NCBI GenBank assembly: GCA_013265495.1
Contig: MU058781.1
Coordinates: 124,001-188,000 of the forward strand
Source: Vicugna vicugna
Lineage: Eukaryota
DNA: 64,000 nt
Reading direction: 5' to 3'
Positions 37,151 through 49,889 of the stretch are shown here, piece by piece (position 1 is the stretch's first letter; each line of letters opens with the position of its first letter). The notes beneath the pieces are model-generated. The model was not told where the DNA came from. It was given only the letters and a program-made list of their open reading frames with translations, and ran no database searches. The position numbers were made by a program, and so were the translations under genes.

Positions 37151-38599
37151 TTATTCTTTTTATTAATTGATTCCAAAATATGAATTGAATGTAAACTATG
37201 GAAAGGTATTAAGTGAAGCCGAAGCTATCATACAGTATTTAGAGGGTATAAATTTATTACTGTTTTATTGAAATTTTCATCTACCCTGTTTGAGAGTGAA
37301 TACCAATCATATAATATCTTCTTGTCACATTTAGACCAACAGATAGGAAAACGGTCAAGTATTATTTTAGCCAGTTCACTTCTATTATATTTATTTATTA
37401 AAGACAAAAATGTTCACACTAAGTTGCAAAACTGAAAGACTGCACCTCAGCTAAGGATGCCATGCATGCATGAGATAAAACAGAAAATGTACCTTGATTG
37501 CAGAAACATGTGGCAAAGCAAAGTCATAATTTTAAAAAAAAGGAAACAAAAAGAATTTAAAAGACAATGTATTGAAGTAAGCTGGATAAAAATGAGATTG
37601 TACTGTGAAAAAAAAGCTGCACATAGGTATGTAACTTTTGCGTAGAAATGGTTAAATCTTTAAACATTAATGGACTGCAGGAAAGCAAGCTAGGTGACGT
37701 TCTGTCTTCACAGAAGGAGCATTGGACCAAACAGTTTGGGGATCTGAGGTGCTCGGTTTTCTAGCTGTGTGTGGGAACAAGCCAGCTCTCTGAACCTCAG
37801 TTTTTTTATTCGTAAAGTAAGATTGTTTCGCCTGATAATTTCTAAAGTTTAATATTTCAACTGGAAAAAAAAGACAGAAGTACTGTTGTGTAAGTATATC
37901 CTTGCTTCTTTTTTTTTTCCATGAAGGCATAGCAGTTTTGAAGATGATCCTTCTAGAATTCTAGCTTCATAAACAGCCCCTAATGGGCAGCCAGGCTATT
38001 CCCTTTACTAAGAGGTTTAGGGCTGTAGTGGTGGTGGTAGGAGACGGGCTTGGGCATGCCAGAGGGATGCCGAGCGTCAAGGCATGCTGTGTTAAATCAC
38101 TGTCCAGGTGCCCCACTTCTGGCCAGTGGTGGCTCTGGGTCCAATAGGCAAAGGAGCCTGGAGTCAGTCACTAGACAAACCATATTCACAGCCAGTCTAC
38201 CTATGCTGACGTGATGTAAAGCCGGGAAGGGCTTTTCTCTGTGAGTTCCTTTGTCTTGGTAGTACATCGACACCTAATTATAAATCCTGCAGTTTTATTG
38301 CAGTAAAGCCACGTGTCCAGCTACGCTTGCCTTTGCAGCTGTCATGCCCTTGGTTTACGGGTCTTCAGTCTCCTCCTTGTACCTCACTGCCACCTAGCTC
38401 TCTCCTGACACCTTTCTCTTCCTAAATCTTCTCTCATGAAACATCTCTGACTGTTGGTAAAAGTAAATTCCCCTTCTCTTACATTTTCCTCTTCTGTTGG
38501 TGGTGTTTTAATATAGTCAGCCATTCAGTACATATTTACTGTGCGTGTTCTATTTTCTTGGTACTATTCGAGATGTGCCAAAACTGATTTCGAGTTAAA

Positions 38600-39130
38600 A
38601 TTTGGAAGATGAGTAGGAGATAACTAAGTAGAGAGGAGGGGAAAGAGCACACTGGACTGAAGAAATAGTGCGAAGCCCCAGGGTTAGGAAGCCGCATCCA
38701 GGGGTAGGATTTGAGAAATGGAAAATCAGATACAGAAGCAGGAGATCTGAAGGCTGGAGGGAGCATGATTCCTGAGAAGCTCGCCCCGCGGTCAGGAGGT
38801 CCTGCAGTCTTGCAGGCCATGTAAAAATGTTTGGTCCTTATTCTCAGGTGAATGGGAAACCGCTAAAGACCTTTAAGCTGTGGAGTTACATGGTCAAAAC
38901 TGGGTTTTAACATCTCATGCTGGCTGTGTTGTGCAGAGTGATGGCAAGAGGGGAGCGGATGGGTGAGAATGGTCACAGGAAGGCCAACTGATGTGTGGTG
39001 GGAGTTTTTCAAACATGAAATCAAGTTCATTTGGTCTACAGTTGGACAATAGAATGGAGAAAAATAGGTATTTTTGAGAAGGATTTAGACAGTGGAAGCT
39101 GTAGGTCTGGATAGACTGGATATTAGGAGT
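38600..39130 (-). mobile_element. L2 remnant
   Basis: TTGGAAGATGAGTAGGAGATAACT..TTGCAGGCCATGTAAAAATGTTTGG..AATGGGAAACCGCTAAAGACCTTTAAGC..CTGGCTGTGTTGTGCAGAGTGA. Confidence 0.8.
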
Positions 39131-39932
39131 CACTTGGTTTTTCCTTGTTTAATGAATTTCCGTCCTCACCGAACAGATGGACGGTGTGTCTTTATTTTAT
39201 CTCACCTAGTTGTTTGCTTTTCTGGGAGGGATTTCCGGGTGCTCGAAAGTCACACTGAGGATCGAGTGACTACTGATGCTTTATATGTAAGAAAGAGTCA
39301 TGCTTTTGTGACTCAGGCGGATGTATTAAAGTGCAGCTCTTGTGAGGGTGAAGCTGTCTCGGCGGCGCCTGCCGTAGCAGAGGTTAGTGGTGGTCCCCAA
39401 AGTCAGAGGGAGGGAGAAGCTCAGGAAGAGGTGGAAAAGCAAGAAAGTGAGAGAAGGAATCAAGGTTTTTTTTAGTGACTTACGGGGATTAAATGGATGA
39501 TTGACATGATACAATAATTGTTAATTTTCTATATTATTGTATTTAATACATGTTGGATTTTTTTTTTTTGAATCTTGAGATGTTCCTGAGTGGTCACGAA
39601 CCCTGTTTTTCACACCCAGTTTGGCAATGTAACTTGTGTTCAGTAATGATTTAATCTTGGCACACTGTAAAATTAAGCTGCAAAGACCTTTTTCCATAAA
39701 GAGAGCTCTCAAAGGTACATTTAATTGAGCTTTCTATTATATTTTATTTTGTATTTGGTGTGTCATTAATATTAGTGATGTTGCTTTTCTGACAGTTTAA
39801 TAACTAGCTATTCTCATGGTGTTTGCTGTCGGAATCCTGACTACTGCAACTGAATGTGAACATTTTAATTAATTGTTGCTAAAGGAAGGTAAAGGTGAAT
39901 CTCAATAATGTTAAACTTTAAATTTAATGTAA

Positions 39933-39976
<44 letters not shown>
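39933..39976. repeat. Compound (TA)n(CA)n(TA)n microsatellite
   Basis: Visible directly. Confidence 0.95.
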
Positions 39977-39977
<1 letters not shown>

Positions 39978-40699
39978 AAACAGGGGAAAATTATTTTAAT
40001 GAGTTTTCATGGGGTATACCGAGGGCAGGAGATACAAGGCTATGTTAGGGAATGTTTCTCTCTGTTAGAGTGCTGTGAACAACAGCAGTCATATAAAACT
40101 TAGTAAATGCATTATTCTCTAAGTTCAGATCATATTCTAAGTGTGCCTGCGGTGCAAAGGGACAAACGGGGGCCCAGAGTTTTCCCAAATTTGTGTAATG
40201 TACTTAATCACTTGAAAATTCTAGCCGATCTCTATTATTAGCTTAGAATTAGTTTCAGTATAATATTTAAGTTTGTCCAAATAAAAAAGTTACAAACTTC
40301 TCATTCTTATAGTTCTTATACATCTATAAGGTTATAAGCATTGTAAATAGTAAATCAAAAATCATAAAACTCTCAATCAGGTTGGTGCAAATCTAGGAAA
40401 GCAATAGTGTTTGAATTGCTAAGATTGATGCATTGTGACAGATGATGCTGTTTTGCTGAGACCAAATCATCTTTTGCAATGTGAACATGGAACTGGGTGC
40501 TTTTCTTTCCAGGTTGACAAGCCCCTACTTTTTTTTGACAAGAGTGGGTCAATTCTCTCTCCATTTCGCTCCATTCAAACCACTATGGGACCTGAACATT
40601 GGCCTGTGTTGTGATGCCCCTTGGCCATCACTTGGGTTTGATGCATAAGTCCCAGGTTAAGTGCTGCTTTACTTCTAGAATGACTGTCACTTGTTTGGG

Positions 40700-40838
40700 T
40701 GTCTGACTGGTCATTGTCTCCTATCTTTCTCAGCTGCAGTGTACTCACTTCACTACCTCAAGCATAAACTTCCAAATCACAGCTCTGATCACATCCCTTC
40801 AGTGCTTAAAACCCTTTCACATTAAAACAGTTCCATGA
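40700..40838 (+). mobile_element. L2 fragment, left of nested LTR
   Basis: CTCTGATCACATCCCTTCAGTGCTTAAAACCCTTTCA. Confidence 0.6.
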
Positions 40839-41310
40839 CGTAGCAGCAATATGAATGCCCAACCCACCCTGTATCTTTTTTGCCCATCTGATTCTGGCAA
40901 GCCGGGAACTTCTGATGACTCCCCGTATCTGGCGTATGATCTACTGCTCTTTCTCTCTGTGTGAGGGCTCTCTCTAGCACTGTGGCGACTTGCTCAGTGC
41001 TCAGCCACCCGTCTGGAGCAACTCCCAAACAGGGCAGATGGTGTCAGTGGATAAATGCCCCAGCCATCCTGGCTTCCACAGCCTCAGTGGGCTTATTCTC
41101 AAATCCCCCACATGGGATCTCAGAGGGGTACGCTGAAAGATTGAGGCCTAATGTTCATAGTCACAACCAGCTCATTAACAGACCTTTTCCTGGATTTTCT
41201 TCCTTCCTTATCTCTTCCTCTCTCCTGCTTCCTGAAATCAAGTCTTAAATAAACTACCTCTGTCCAAGGCCTTGTCTCAGAGTCTGCTCTTGGGACAACA
41301 TACAATGATA
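40839..41310 (+). mobile_element. LTR16-type ERVL solo LTR
   Basis: AGTGGATAAATGCCCCAGCC..GCTCATTAACAGACC..TGCTTCCTGAAATCA..AAATAAACTACC..CCTTGTCTCAGAGTCTGCT. Near-TSD CATGA/CATGG. Confidence 0.82.
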
Positions 41311-41570
41311 CATGGCTTATAATACCTCATACATCTGGACTTTATGTCCCTCCCTTTCCTGGTTCTTTCCCTCAGTCAACAACAACTTCCTACCCACACT
41401 GACCTTCTTTTTCGGCCATACTAATTCCTTGAGTGTCTTGTGCTCTTTCTAAGTTTATAAGCCTTTGCATACTTTTGCCTACACCTTAAATGCTACCTCC
41501 ATCCTCCAGCTACCGGTAACCAGGTGCCTGGTTCAAACAGGTGTTCAGTGAATGCTTGTTCAAATTATTG
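41311..41570 (+). mobile_element. L2 fragment, right of nested LTR
   Basis: CATGGCTTATAATACCTCATACATCTGG..GCCTTTGCATACTT..GTGCCTGGTTCAAACAGGTGTTCAGTGAATGCTTGTT. Confidence 0.7.
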
Positions 41571-42429
41571 GAGCCTGAAGTGAATTCCTGCTCACGTAAT
41601 TCTACATAGAAGTCAAATTATTTCAGTTTATTTTCACACAATATATTGTGGAAATATTGCTAAAATTCTGAGAATACATACAAGCAGAACAGTAGCATAA
41701 AATAATTTTTTATATTTCCAATACCTGTTTTTTTCCTTAACGGGCTTTGAATTAACCAGGTGCAAACTATCAACTATTTTCATTTGGAAACTGGAATATT
41801 CAGCTGTCCAGGGAATAAATTTATTTGAATAACATGATTTTTTAATAAGCTAATATTAATGTAAAATTTTCTTTTTATAATAAGTCAAGTACTTTTTATG
41901 GTGGATTATCACATTATTTTTAATATGGTCTTTTCGCCAAAAATGTGCCCTGAAAGTGGCATTTGCTTGGTTTTAAATAAACTTTTAAGTTGTATTAGCC
42001 AGAGCTGAAGTGATGATAGAGTTAGACTCATTATGCTTTTATTTTACTACAAGACTCTTAGCAAGAGCTGTATCTGATCCTTAGCATATAATTAGGGCAT
42101 TTGAAGTAATCTGTGCGTTAACATGATTTGAGGCAATAAATACCAGTTACAGCACACGTGTTACTGCTCCTTTTACTTTTGTTCCTTTTCTCTCCCACAA
42201 CTAATTACTCACTAATAACTTGGGTTCCTTCTTTTTCTACAATGTTTTAAATTTGATAAGATTAATAAAAATCCAGAGTTCCTCTAGACCAGTGTGTTTC
42301 TGCTGATCTGACGACACCTGGAAAAAATAGGTGATCTTCCTCTAAGGTCAAAATTCACTAGTGATATCACTCATACAACAAATTCACATATTTTGTATTT
42401 CATATAGAGGCAAGTTTTCATGTTCACTT

Positions 42430-42715
42430 CCTTACAGTTTAGGTCTGAGTAGTTTCCACTTAACTGTTCACAACTCAAAGAAGCGTTCCATGGCCACCCA
42501 CAGGACTACAGGATACCCATGTTTCCATGCACCGTGACTTTCTCCTTCACAGTCCATTGTAGATGCTGGTAATTATGTCTTTAATGTGTCTCTTCTCCAC
42601 GAGGCTACAAACTAAATGAAGATCCAAATGGCATCTATTTTTTTTTCCACCCTATGTCCCTAGCTCTTAGCATAGCACCTGATCCATAGTAAGTACTCAA
42701 AACATGCTTGAAACT
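42430..42715 (+). mobile_element. L2 3' end
   Basis: TATGTCCCTAGCTCTTAGCATAGCACCTGATCCATAGTAAGTACTCAAAACATGCTTG. Confidence 0.7.
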
Positions 42716-43249
42716 TCCTCCAGGATGCATCTATGTTTGTTTTTCCAGTATACATAGAACTTCAGTTGATAACTTCATTCATTCATATATTCATTTAACT
42801 TTAACTGGAACATTTGTTAATTTCAACAAACTTTTTTTCAGCTTCTGATTTGTGCTGATGGATTAGGCCACGTACTAGTGCTTTAGAAATAAAAGACAGG
42901 ATCCTTTTTCTTAGGAAAGGAGATAGAGAGGTAAATGAACATTAAAATATAGTAGAGTGAGAAGAGTAAGGAAGGAAGCCAAGATAAATTAAAAAAAAAA
43001 AAAAAGACCTGTCCCTAAGTTCTTGTTTCTACTATACAGATTGGTTCTCCTATACAGATTGAATGTTCTCAGTGTTTTCAGCGTAGCTTATGGTTCAAAA
43101 TAAGCAACAGTGGCCAATCGCTATACATAGTTTAAATAGGAAAAGGAAGGAGTGCTTTGCTGAGACATTTCAGAAATATTCAGAACAATGGCGACATAGT
43201 CCAGCCTGCCTTTGTGGGCAGAGGTCTCCAAAGTGGCTTTACCCTAGGG

Positions 43250-43421
43250 CAGTGGTGCCCAAAGTTTGCTCTAGAGACCACCAACTGGGAAGCTGTTAGA
43301 AGTGTGAGAAGTAGGCCCCGCTCTAGAATCTGAGACCCCAGAGGTTGGGTTCCACAATCTGTGCTTTAACAAGCCCTGCTGGTGGTTCTGACGCCCACAC
43401 TCTGACGTTGGAGAACCACTG
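43250..43421. mobile_element. MER5A-type hAT-Charlie MITE
   Basis: CAGTGGTGCCCAAAG...TTGGAGAACCACTG terminal inverted repeats, internal AATCTGTGCTTTAACAAGCCC..GGTGGTTCTGA. Confidence 0.88.
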
Positions 43422-44659
43422 GTCCAGATGCCTCCTCTCCCCTCGCTCACCCGCTCCACCCCCTCCCCCGTCTTACCCAGCGCGAGCTCCTCCATCTGTA
43501 AGTACCCGTGCTACCAAACCCGGGTCAGGCCTGACTCAGTTGCAGTTCCTGAGGCACAGAAGCAGGCCTGGCAGTCGCACAGCCTCTGATGTGATTTGAG
43601 ATCCCTAGCGGACCTCTTGGCAGGCAAGCTTGTGGCCCGAAAAATTCTTCATGTCCTGTTGCAACCTCCTCTTGGCTTCTTGCCTTTCTCCCTCAATAGA
43701 ATGTCAAAATATTGTGTCACCGAAGTCTCAAAGGTGAGCCCATTTAAGCTTTGTGATACGCAGACTTATTAGTGGTAAGTGGAGCAGCATTCGCTGGTTT
43801 AGAGGAACAGCAATAGGAATTGAGAACAAATTTAGTAGTGGGTATTTTGGTCTGACAGTAATTAAGTCAGTGACATGAGTTTGAGCCCATCAAAGGTGAT
43901 TTCCATACTTTGTCAATGTCAGCATTTTTTTTTGTTTTTGTTTCGTTTTTTACTGTAACACTAACCCATCGTGTCTTAATAGGTAGCTATAATTAAAATG
44001 GGAATAAATGAATTTATATACATCAACATAGATTCCTTCCTGAAATATCCAGTACACACACACACACACACAATTTTTGCTCTTTATATAATGTTCCTTT
44101 AAAATGTATTTCTGAGTTGTTTTTAAACAATTTTTTAATTGTTTGCTTTGTAGTGGGTGGCCTGAAAATCTTAAGTTTTAACACTCTGGAAATTCTGACT
44201 TTTCCCCAATCACTCAAATGTGATTTTTTCAGAGAGGAAAGACTTGCTATTTTTTAACTCAGAGCAAATACATTTATTGTATTGTTCTATTTTTGTATAC
44301 TTTCTCAAAAACACAGTTAATAGCAGTTCAAATGGTTTTTGAAAATTAAAAGACTAAAAGTGTGGGAGAGGCTTTCAATTAAAAACATCCTACTTTGTCC
44401 TTTGAGCGATTTTTCTATTTACTAGGACATTATTTAACATTGAAAAATTAATGTTAATACTCTCTGGAGAACACAATGCTGCGGTGAAAATAGTTGGAAT
44501 TTCCTTATCAATCCATGAATCAGTCATTCCATGAATGCTTTAGAAATGCCAGCTTCATGCAAGACACAGCTTTAGATTTGGGGGTGAAACTGGAGGTAAC
44601 ACTTGAGCTAAATGGCAAAAGTGCACATGAAAAGCCAAGTCACAACGTCAGTGTTCCTG

Positions 44660-44880
44660 AGAGCTCACTTTTGTGTAGCTTATTTAAATTATACTCTTTC
44701 AGCCCACGGTGCAGGAAGGGGAAGAATTATTACCCTCATTTCCAGATGGTAAAACTGAGGCTGAGATTTGCAAACATCAGGTGCCCTACCCAAGGTCATC
44801 AATCCCTGTGCTAAGTGACAAAGCCATGAAGAAGAATAACTCATTGGCCTCCTAAAGAAGAACTTGTTCTATGACTTGAC
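44660..44880 (-). mobile_element. MIR remnant
   Basis: ATTATTACCCTCATTTCCAGATGGTAAAACTGAGGCTGAGA..CCCAAGGTCA. Confidence 0.8.
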
Positions 44881-45604
44881 GTTACCTCTTATCAAAAAAA
44901 AACCCAACAACAGCTAAGAAATGGTGTGTGATGATTTGCGAGCGGATAGGACAGTTGTATCAGCAAAATGCTTTTTTTGTGGCAGTCACGGTTGGGAATT
45001 CCCTCTGTGAAGGAAAGAAATGATGCATCTGATTTTGAGCCCGCTGATCGAAAAGCGCAAGAGCGCAGTCTGGGGAAATGATCTCACCGGGGGTGAAAGA
45101 AGGAAACGGATGTGGGGAGACCCACAATGGGTCAGTAGTCAGCGATGGATGGATGCACCCTTAGACGTGGATGGCTATTCTGACGTTGGCCCAGGCCCCG
45201 CCATTTATTTGCAGACACTCGTTAGCTGCCAAGGTCTACTATGGTTAGACTTTGAGGGCCACATTCAGGCTAATGAAGTCCAGTCAGTTCCAGGCAGCTT
45301 CGTTTTTCTCCAATTAAAATAATGAGGCAATGGCTCTCCGTCAAGACCTTTTGGGTCTCTTGTCCCTGGATATTATTTCGTGGTTCTAATCATTTTACAG
45401 AAAGGACTATAGCTTTTTTTCCCCCAAGAAGGTCAGATACTGCGATTTTGGTCCACGTGCATTCTATATGACTCTGCACAGTGAAAAGCAGTGTTGTTGG
45501 CGGACATAGAAACAATCAGACTTGATTATCATTCAAATCAGACTCTGAAAAGAGTCCAGGCACAAGTGTGTCGTGAATCCTTCTTTCTTCAGAGCACCAG
45601 GCAT

Positions 45605-45623
45605 TAGACAGTAGATGGCAGTG
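45605..45623 (+). promoter_or_regulatory. Candidate CTCF site
   Basis: TAGACAGTAGATGGCAGTG, one mismatch at the first core C of the CTCF consensus. Confidence 0.4.
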
Positions 45624-47269
45624 TGCGATGAGGAATTTAAGCCTGGGCAGCAATTTGCTTGAAACCAGCCGAGTAAAAGTGGCTTTTTGACTTGGAAGCA
45701 TTTAGGAAATGAACCTTCCATCAGAGTTTTGTCTGGCAGCCAGGAACCCGCCCTGGAAGGCTCTGGCAACCCCAGGTGCGGCTGTGATCGCTTTGTTTGA
45801 AGTGAGGCTGCTGCCCTGCTTGGAAGCAAAGTGGGGGCATTTGGGCACAAACTCATCCTTCCCCACAGAGCCGAGCAAACTGCCGCTCAAACGTCCTGAC
45901 ACTCCTGTGCCCCTGGCAAAGTTAACGCCTCCGCTCCTCGCCCTTCCGGGAAATTCATCCCCTTATATATACAAGTAGAAGCTTTGATATATACAAAGGT
46001 TAGCCGTGCTTCTGGTTTGTACCTAATCTTCACCTCCCTTTCCACCTCAAACCCCTTAACAATCAGAGGCAGGGAGTGAAGGGATTTCTGAACAGAAAGG
46101 CAAACAATCACATGGGAGAATTTCTGAGTTAATCCGAAAGGCTGCTTACTACTCCCCCTGGCTTATCAAATAATGGATTCTATTCAGAATTTGTAAGAAA
46201 TTGTGGAAAACAGGAGAGTGTTGAAGCAGGTTTGGGCTTCTTTTAAATTACTGACTCTTAGCAGATGCAGGGATTTGGTATCTGTAATTAGTTACCTAAA
46301 TTTGTATCCATCTGAAAAGCTTTATAACAAGACACTGTATGTAAAGCCGGGGAAGAATAGCTGAAAACATTTGATTTACTCCATACTTTACTTAACAGAA
46401 AAGAGGTCAATAGTTCTGAGAGGATCCTTGCTCCACATGCAGTAATTATAGAATTAAAAAAAGCACAATATCAGAGTATCACGAAGTTAGTAACTTTTCT
46501 GCTTCATGGATGTACATAAAAACTATCTCCTTAAATTTAAGTGTAATTTCTAGACCAGTTAAATATCAGCTCTTGTATGATGTTGTATTCATTATTTACC
46601 CTCTCTAAGCTCCACTTTTCCCAACTGTAACATGGAGATAATAAAAGTACTTCCTTCATAGAGCCTGACACACAGTAACCATTAGCCATTATAACAAGCC
46701 TGAGACAATAATTATTAAAAGCTATTGTTATATATTGATGAGTGTAGGTGTATTTTCAAACAAATTTACTTTCTTCTCACTTCTCAATACAATCCAAAAA
46801 TATTGAATACTAACAATATTCTAAACCAAATAATCTGGTAGGTAAATCTTAAAAAAGAATGCATACCAAATGAAGTTGGGACCATCTATAGGAAGACCAG
46901 TTTTTATCAATGAGGAGAAAGGTGTGAGAATAAAGTATTTGCCTGAAATCACATGAATGTCTTCCTTTTATTAGGCAGAACTTCTTTTTATCATGTGAGA
47001 ATGGGAGTCAGAGCTCAAAGAATTTGTGTTTGGACATGAAAATAGAAGTCGCCTTCAGAAAACTGAAGCCTTCTGAGAAAGGTGTTCAGTGACCAGAACC
47101 TTTTGTATATCGGGAGGAAAAGTAAATTTAGAGTTGTCCCAAAGAGTTGTGTTTAAGTATCAAAAAGTTCTTTCCTAACTTCACTACTTTTTCTTTTTCC
47201 ATGTTTTCCTCAGGTTGTTTTTCCATTTTGTTTCATTTTGTTTAAATAAACTTTTCCAGGTCAGTATGT

Positions 47270-47600
47270 CTGGGTTCTTCTACTGGTTCTGCCATTTCCA
47301 AGCTTTGAGATCTTGAGCACATTGCTGAATGTCTCTTTGTCCCCACCTATAAAAATAAGGAATAATCATACTTCCAGTTCTGGTGAAAGGAGATTAGTAA
47401 ATACCCAGAATACCCTCCATTTCAGTGTCAGGGCATGCTAAGTCCTCATTCAGTGAAAGCCAGAGATGAAAGGAACAGTTGACTAGTTCCAGAATTATCA
47501 AACTGTAGAATAGAGTTATGACTGAAAGAAGCTCTGAATTAATCAAAACCCCTTATTTTACAGATAAGGAAACTAATGTCTAGAAAGTTTAAATAAAGAT
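47270..47600. mobile_element. MIR fragments in both orientations
   Basis: CTGGGTTC..TGAGATCTTGAGCAC..CTATAAAAATAAGGAATAATC on +, and CCCCTTATTTTACAGATAAGGAAACTAATG on -. Confidence 0.65.
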
Positions 47601-47613
47601 CAGTAACACTTAT

Positions 47614-47668
47614 TGTATTACTATTAGTCAGCGTTCTCCAGACAGAACAATTAGGAGACATAGATAGT

Positions 47669-47712
<44 letters not shown>

Positions 47713-48079
47713 GATATATTATAGGAAATTGGCCTACATGATTATGGAAGCTGAGAAGTCTTAAGATCTACAATTAGCATGGTATAGGTTCTAGTCTGAA
47801 AGCTGGAGGCATGAGACCAAGAAAGAGACCAGTGTCCCAGCTCAAAGTAGTCAGGAAGTTTCCTTGTTTTACCAGGAAGGTCAGCTTTTCATTCTATTAG
47901 TCCTTCAACTGATTGGATGGGGCCCACCCACACCAGAGAGGGCAATCTGCTTTACTCAGTCTACTTATTCAAATATTAATTTCATTCAGAAACACCCTCA
48001 CAAGCACACCAGAATCATGTTGACCAAATATCTGGGCACTCTGTGGCCCAGTCATATTGACACAAAATTAACCATCACA
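47614..48079 (-). mobile_element. MLT2B-type ERVL solo LTR
   Basis: TATTAGTCAGCGTTCTCCAGA..GATTATGGAAGCTGAGAAGTC..CTTCAACTGATTGGATGGGGCCCACCCACA..AAATTAACCATCACA. Near-TSD CTTAT (47609-47613) / CTGAT (48080-48084). Confidence 0.92.
47669..47712. repeat. (GATA)n tetranucleotide repeat inside MLT2 LTR
   Basis: Visible directly. Confidence 0.97.
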
Positions 48080-48347
48080 CTGATGTAAACTTAGATTAGA
48101 ATGATATTTAAGCTTCTAAAGGAATCAAATTAAGGAAAATTCAAGTCCTAGTTGTCTTGTTTGCTCAAGTATAACATTTGTATTTTATTCTCAACACATT
48201 TAGGCTCTTTTCTTTCTCGGATAAATTCACATTCTCCAGCTTTTAAAATGCTTTTGTAAATAGCTCCCCTAGGGTTTTTGTTTTTGTTATATGGCCTTGA
48301 AGCAAAACAGTTCCACAAGTACAGAGCCAGGTATAAATTTATACTTA

Positions 48348-48655
48348 GGGGCTTCGATTAAACCATTGGCCACAGGTGATGGATTCAACCTCCAGCCCTT
48401 CTCCCCTCTTTTGAGGTCAGGGAGGTGGGAGTAAAAGTTCCAACCCTGTAATTTCATTGTAATCTCCAGGCAACCAGCCTCCCATCCTTGGATATGGTCC
48501 CAAAGTCACCCCATTAACATAATAAAAGACACCTTCCTCGCTTTCATCACTTAGGAAATTCCTAGTGTTTTATGAACTCTGTGCCAGAAATTGGGACAAA
48601 GACTGAACCTGGATGAAGACCAAATATGTATTTCTCATAAATCACAGTATCACAC
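48348..48655 (-). mobile_element. MER21-type LTR fragment
   Basis: GATTAAACCATTGGCCA..CAACCTCCAGCCCTTCTCCCCTC..AAAGTTCCAACCCT..GGCAACCAGCC..GGAAATTCC..CTCTGTGCCAGAAA..GACCAAATAT..TATCACA. Confidence 0.82.
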
Positions 48656-49359
48656 CTGCCATAGGGAAAGCTCAGAATTAGTTATCTGCCTTGAGAGAAC
48701 TTTGGAATAAGGGTCTAAAGAAATTGTGAATCTCACCACCTTTGAGAGTCCCACTCACAAGTAGGAAGTAAGTGGGAAAGAGTGTGAGTTCGGATCTGCC
48801 TGGGGAACCAAACCCTGGTAATATCTGGACAAAAGAAACCCAAACTGGAGACCAAAATCAGCAGAGAAATATCCCCTATGTTATCAAAGAAAAGCAGATG
48901 ATCAATGTGTATTTAATTATAGGACCAGAGTGTGCATAACTGATGGATCCTGGGGGCATCTCAGGTATTGAATTTAGCTTTAGATTCTTTGGGGCAAAGA
49001 AATCCAGTGTCATGTTGCTAACACATGATGATTTCATTTGGTAAGAGTGGTGGCCAAGATCTACATCAAATTTACCTGAATATTTTCTCCTCTTTTCTTT
49101 CTCAACTGCTTTCAGCAGCATTTTGTGGTTATTAGGCTGTATTCGTTCAGTGAGCATCTTTACACTTCAAGAATTTTTAATGATTTATGCTTTTTCTATG
49201 TTGTCTTTCCAATGAATGGAAAGTCTAAATGCATAAATATCTTAGCATTTTGAAGTTTTTGATCATGTTTCTGCTTAGTTTGAGTGTTTATTGCAGTAAA
49301 GAACATTGTCACTAGAAATTTATTTGGAATGTTTAAATGCTTCTATCTGATGCGTGATA

Positions 49360-49885
49360 TTTAATTTAATCTATCAGAAATATATAGGTATATATACTAT
49401 ATTTTCTGCCATCTACTTTAATTCTAATCATTGTTAATTTAAATATTTATTTATTCTTTTGAACCTCATAAATAGTTCATAAGTAATATTTGAATCTATT
49501 TTATGTATTATTTTTAAAATTTTTATTGTTATTATTTTTAAAATTTATTATTATTTTAAAAATTCCTCCTGAGTGTAACCTTAGATTACTAAAACACTTA
49601 AGAGTATATCTTTAGGTTATACTAAATATTTTAAATTGGAACCATTTAAACTAAGATAATTATTGGGGTTATACTATTGCTAATGATTTCTATAAAATCT
49701 ATTTCAATTTTTTTAAACCAATACATATTCTGGTTCCAAAATTAATGCTATCAATTAAATATATGCACTTAAAATCAACTTTCCTGGATATGTAGAATCA
49801 AATAATAGACTCAAGAAATAATATTTGTTTATATAATAATACTTTATATTATAAATAATATCTTATATTTATACTATTGATACAT
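49360..49885. repeat. Very AT-rich low-complexity segment
   Basis: Long A/T runs including three copies of a TTATTTTTAAAA-like unit at ~49508-49565. Confidence 0.7.
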
Positions 49886-49889
49886 AATT

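Noticed and set aside
38050..38090. Two GGCATGC p53-like half sites
   Set aside because: Each has a mismatch and the ~18-bp spacing is outside the usual p53 response-element range.
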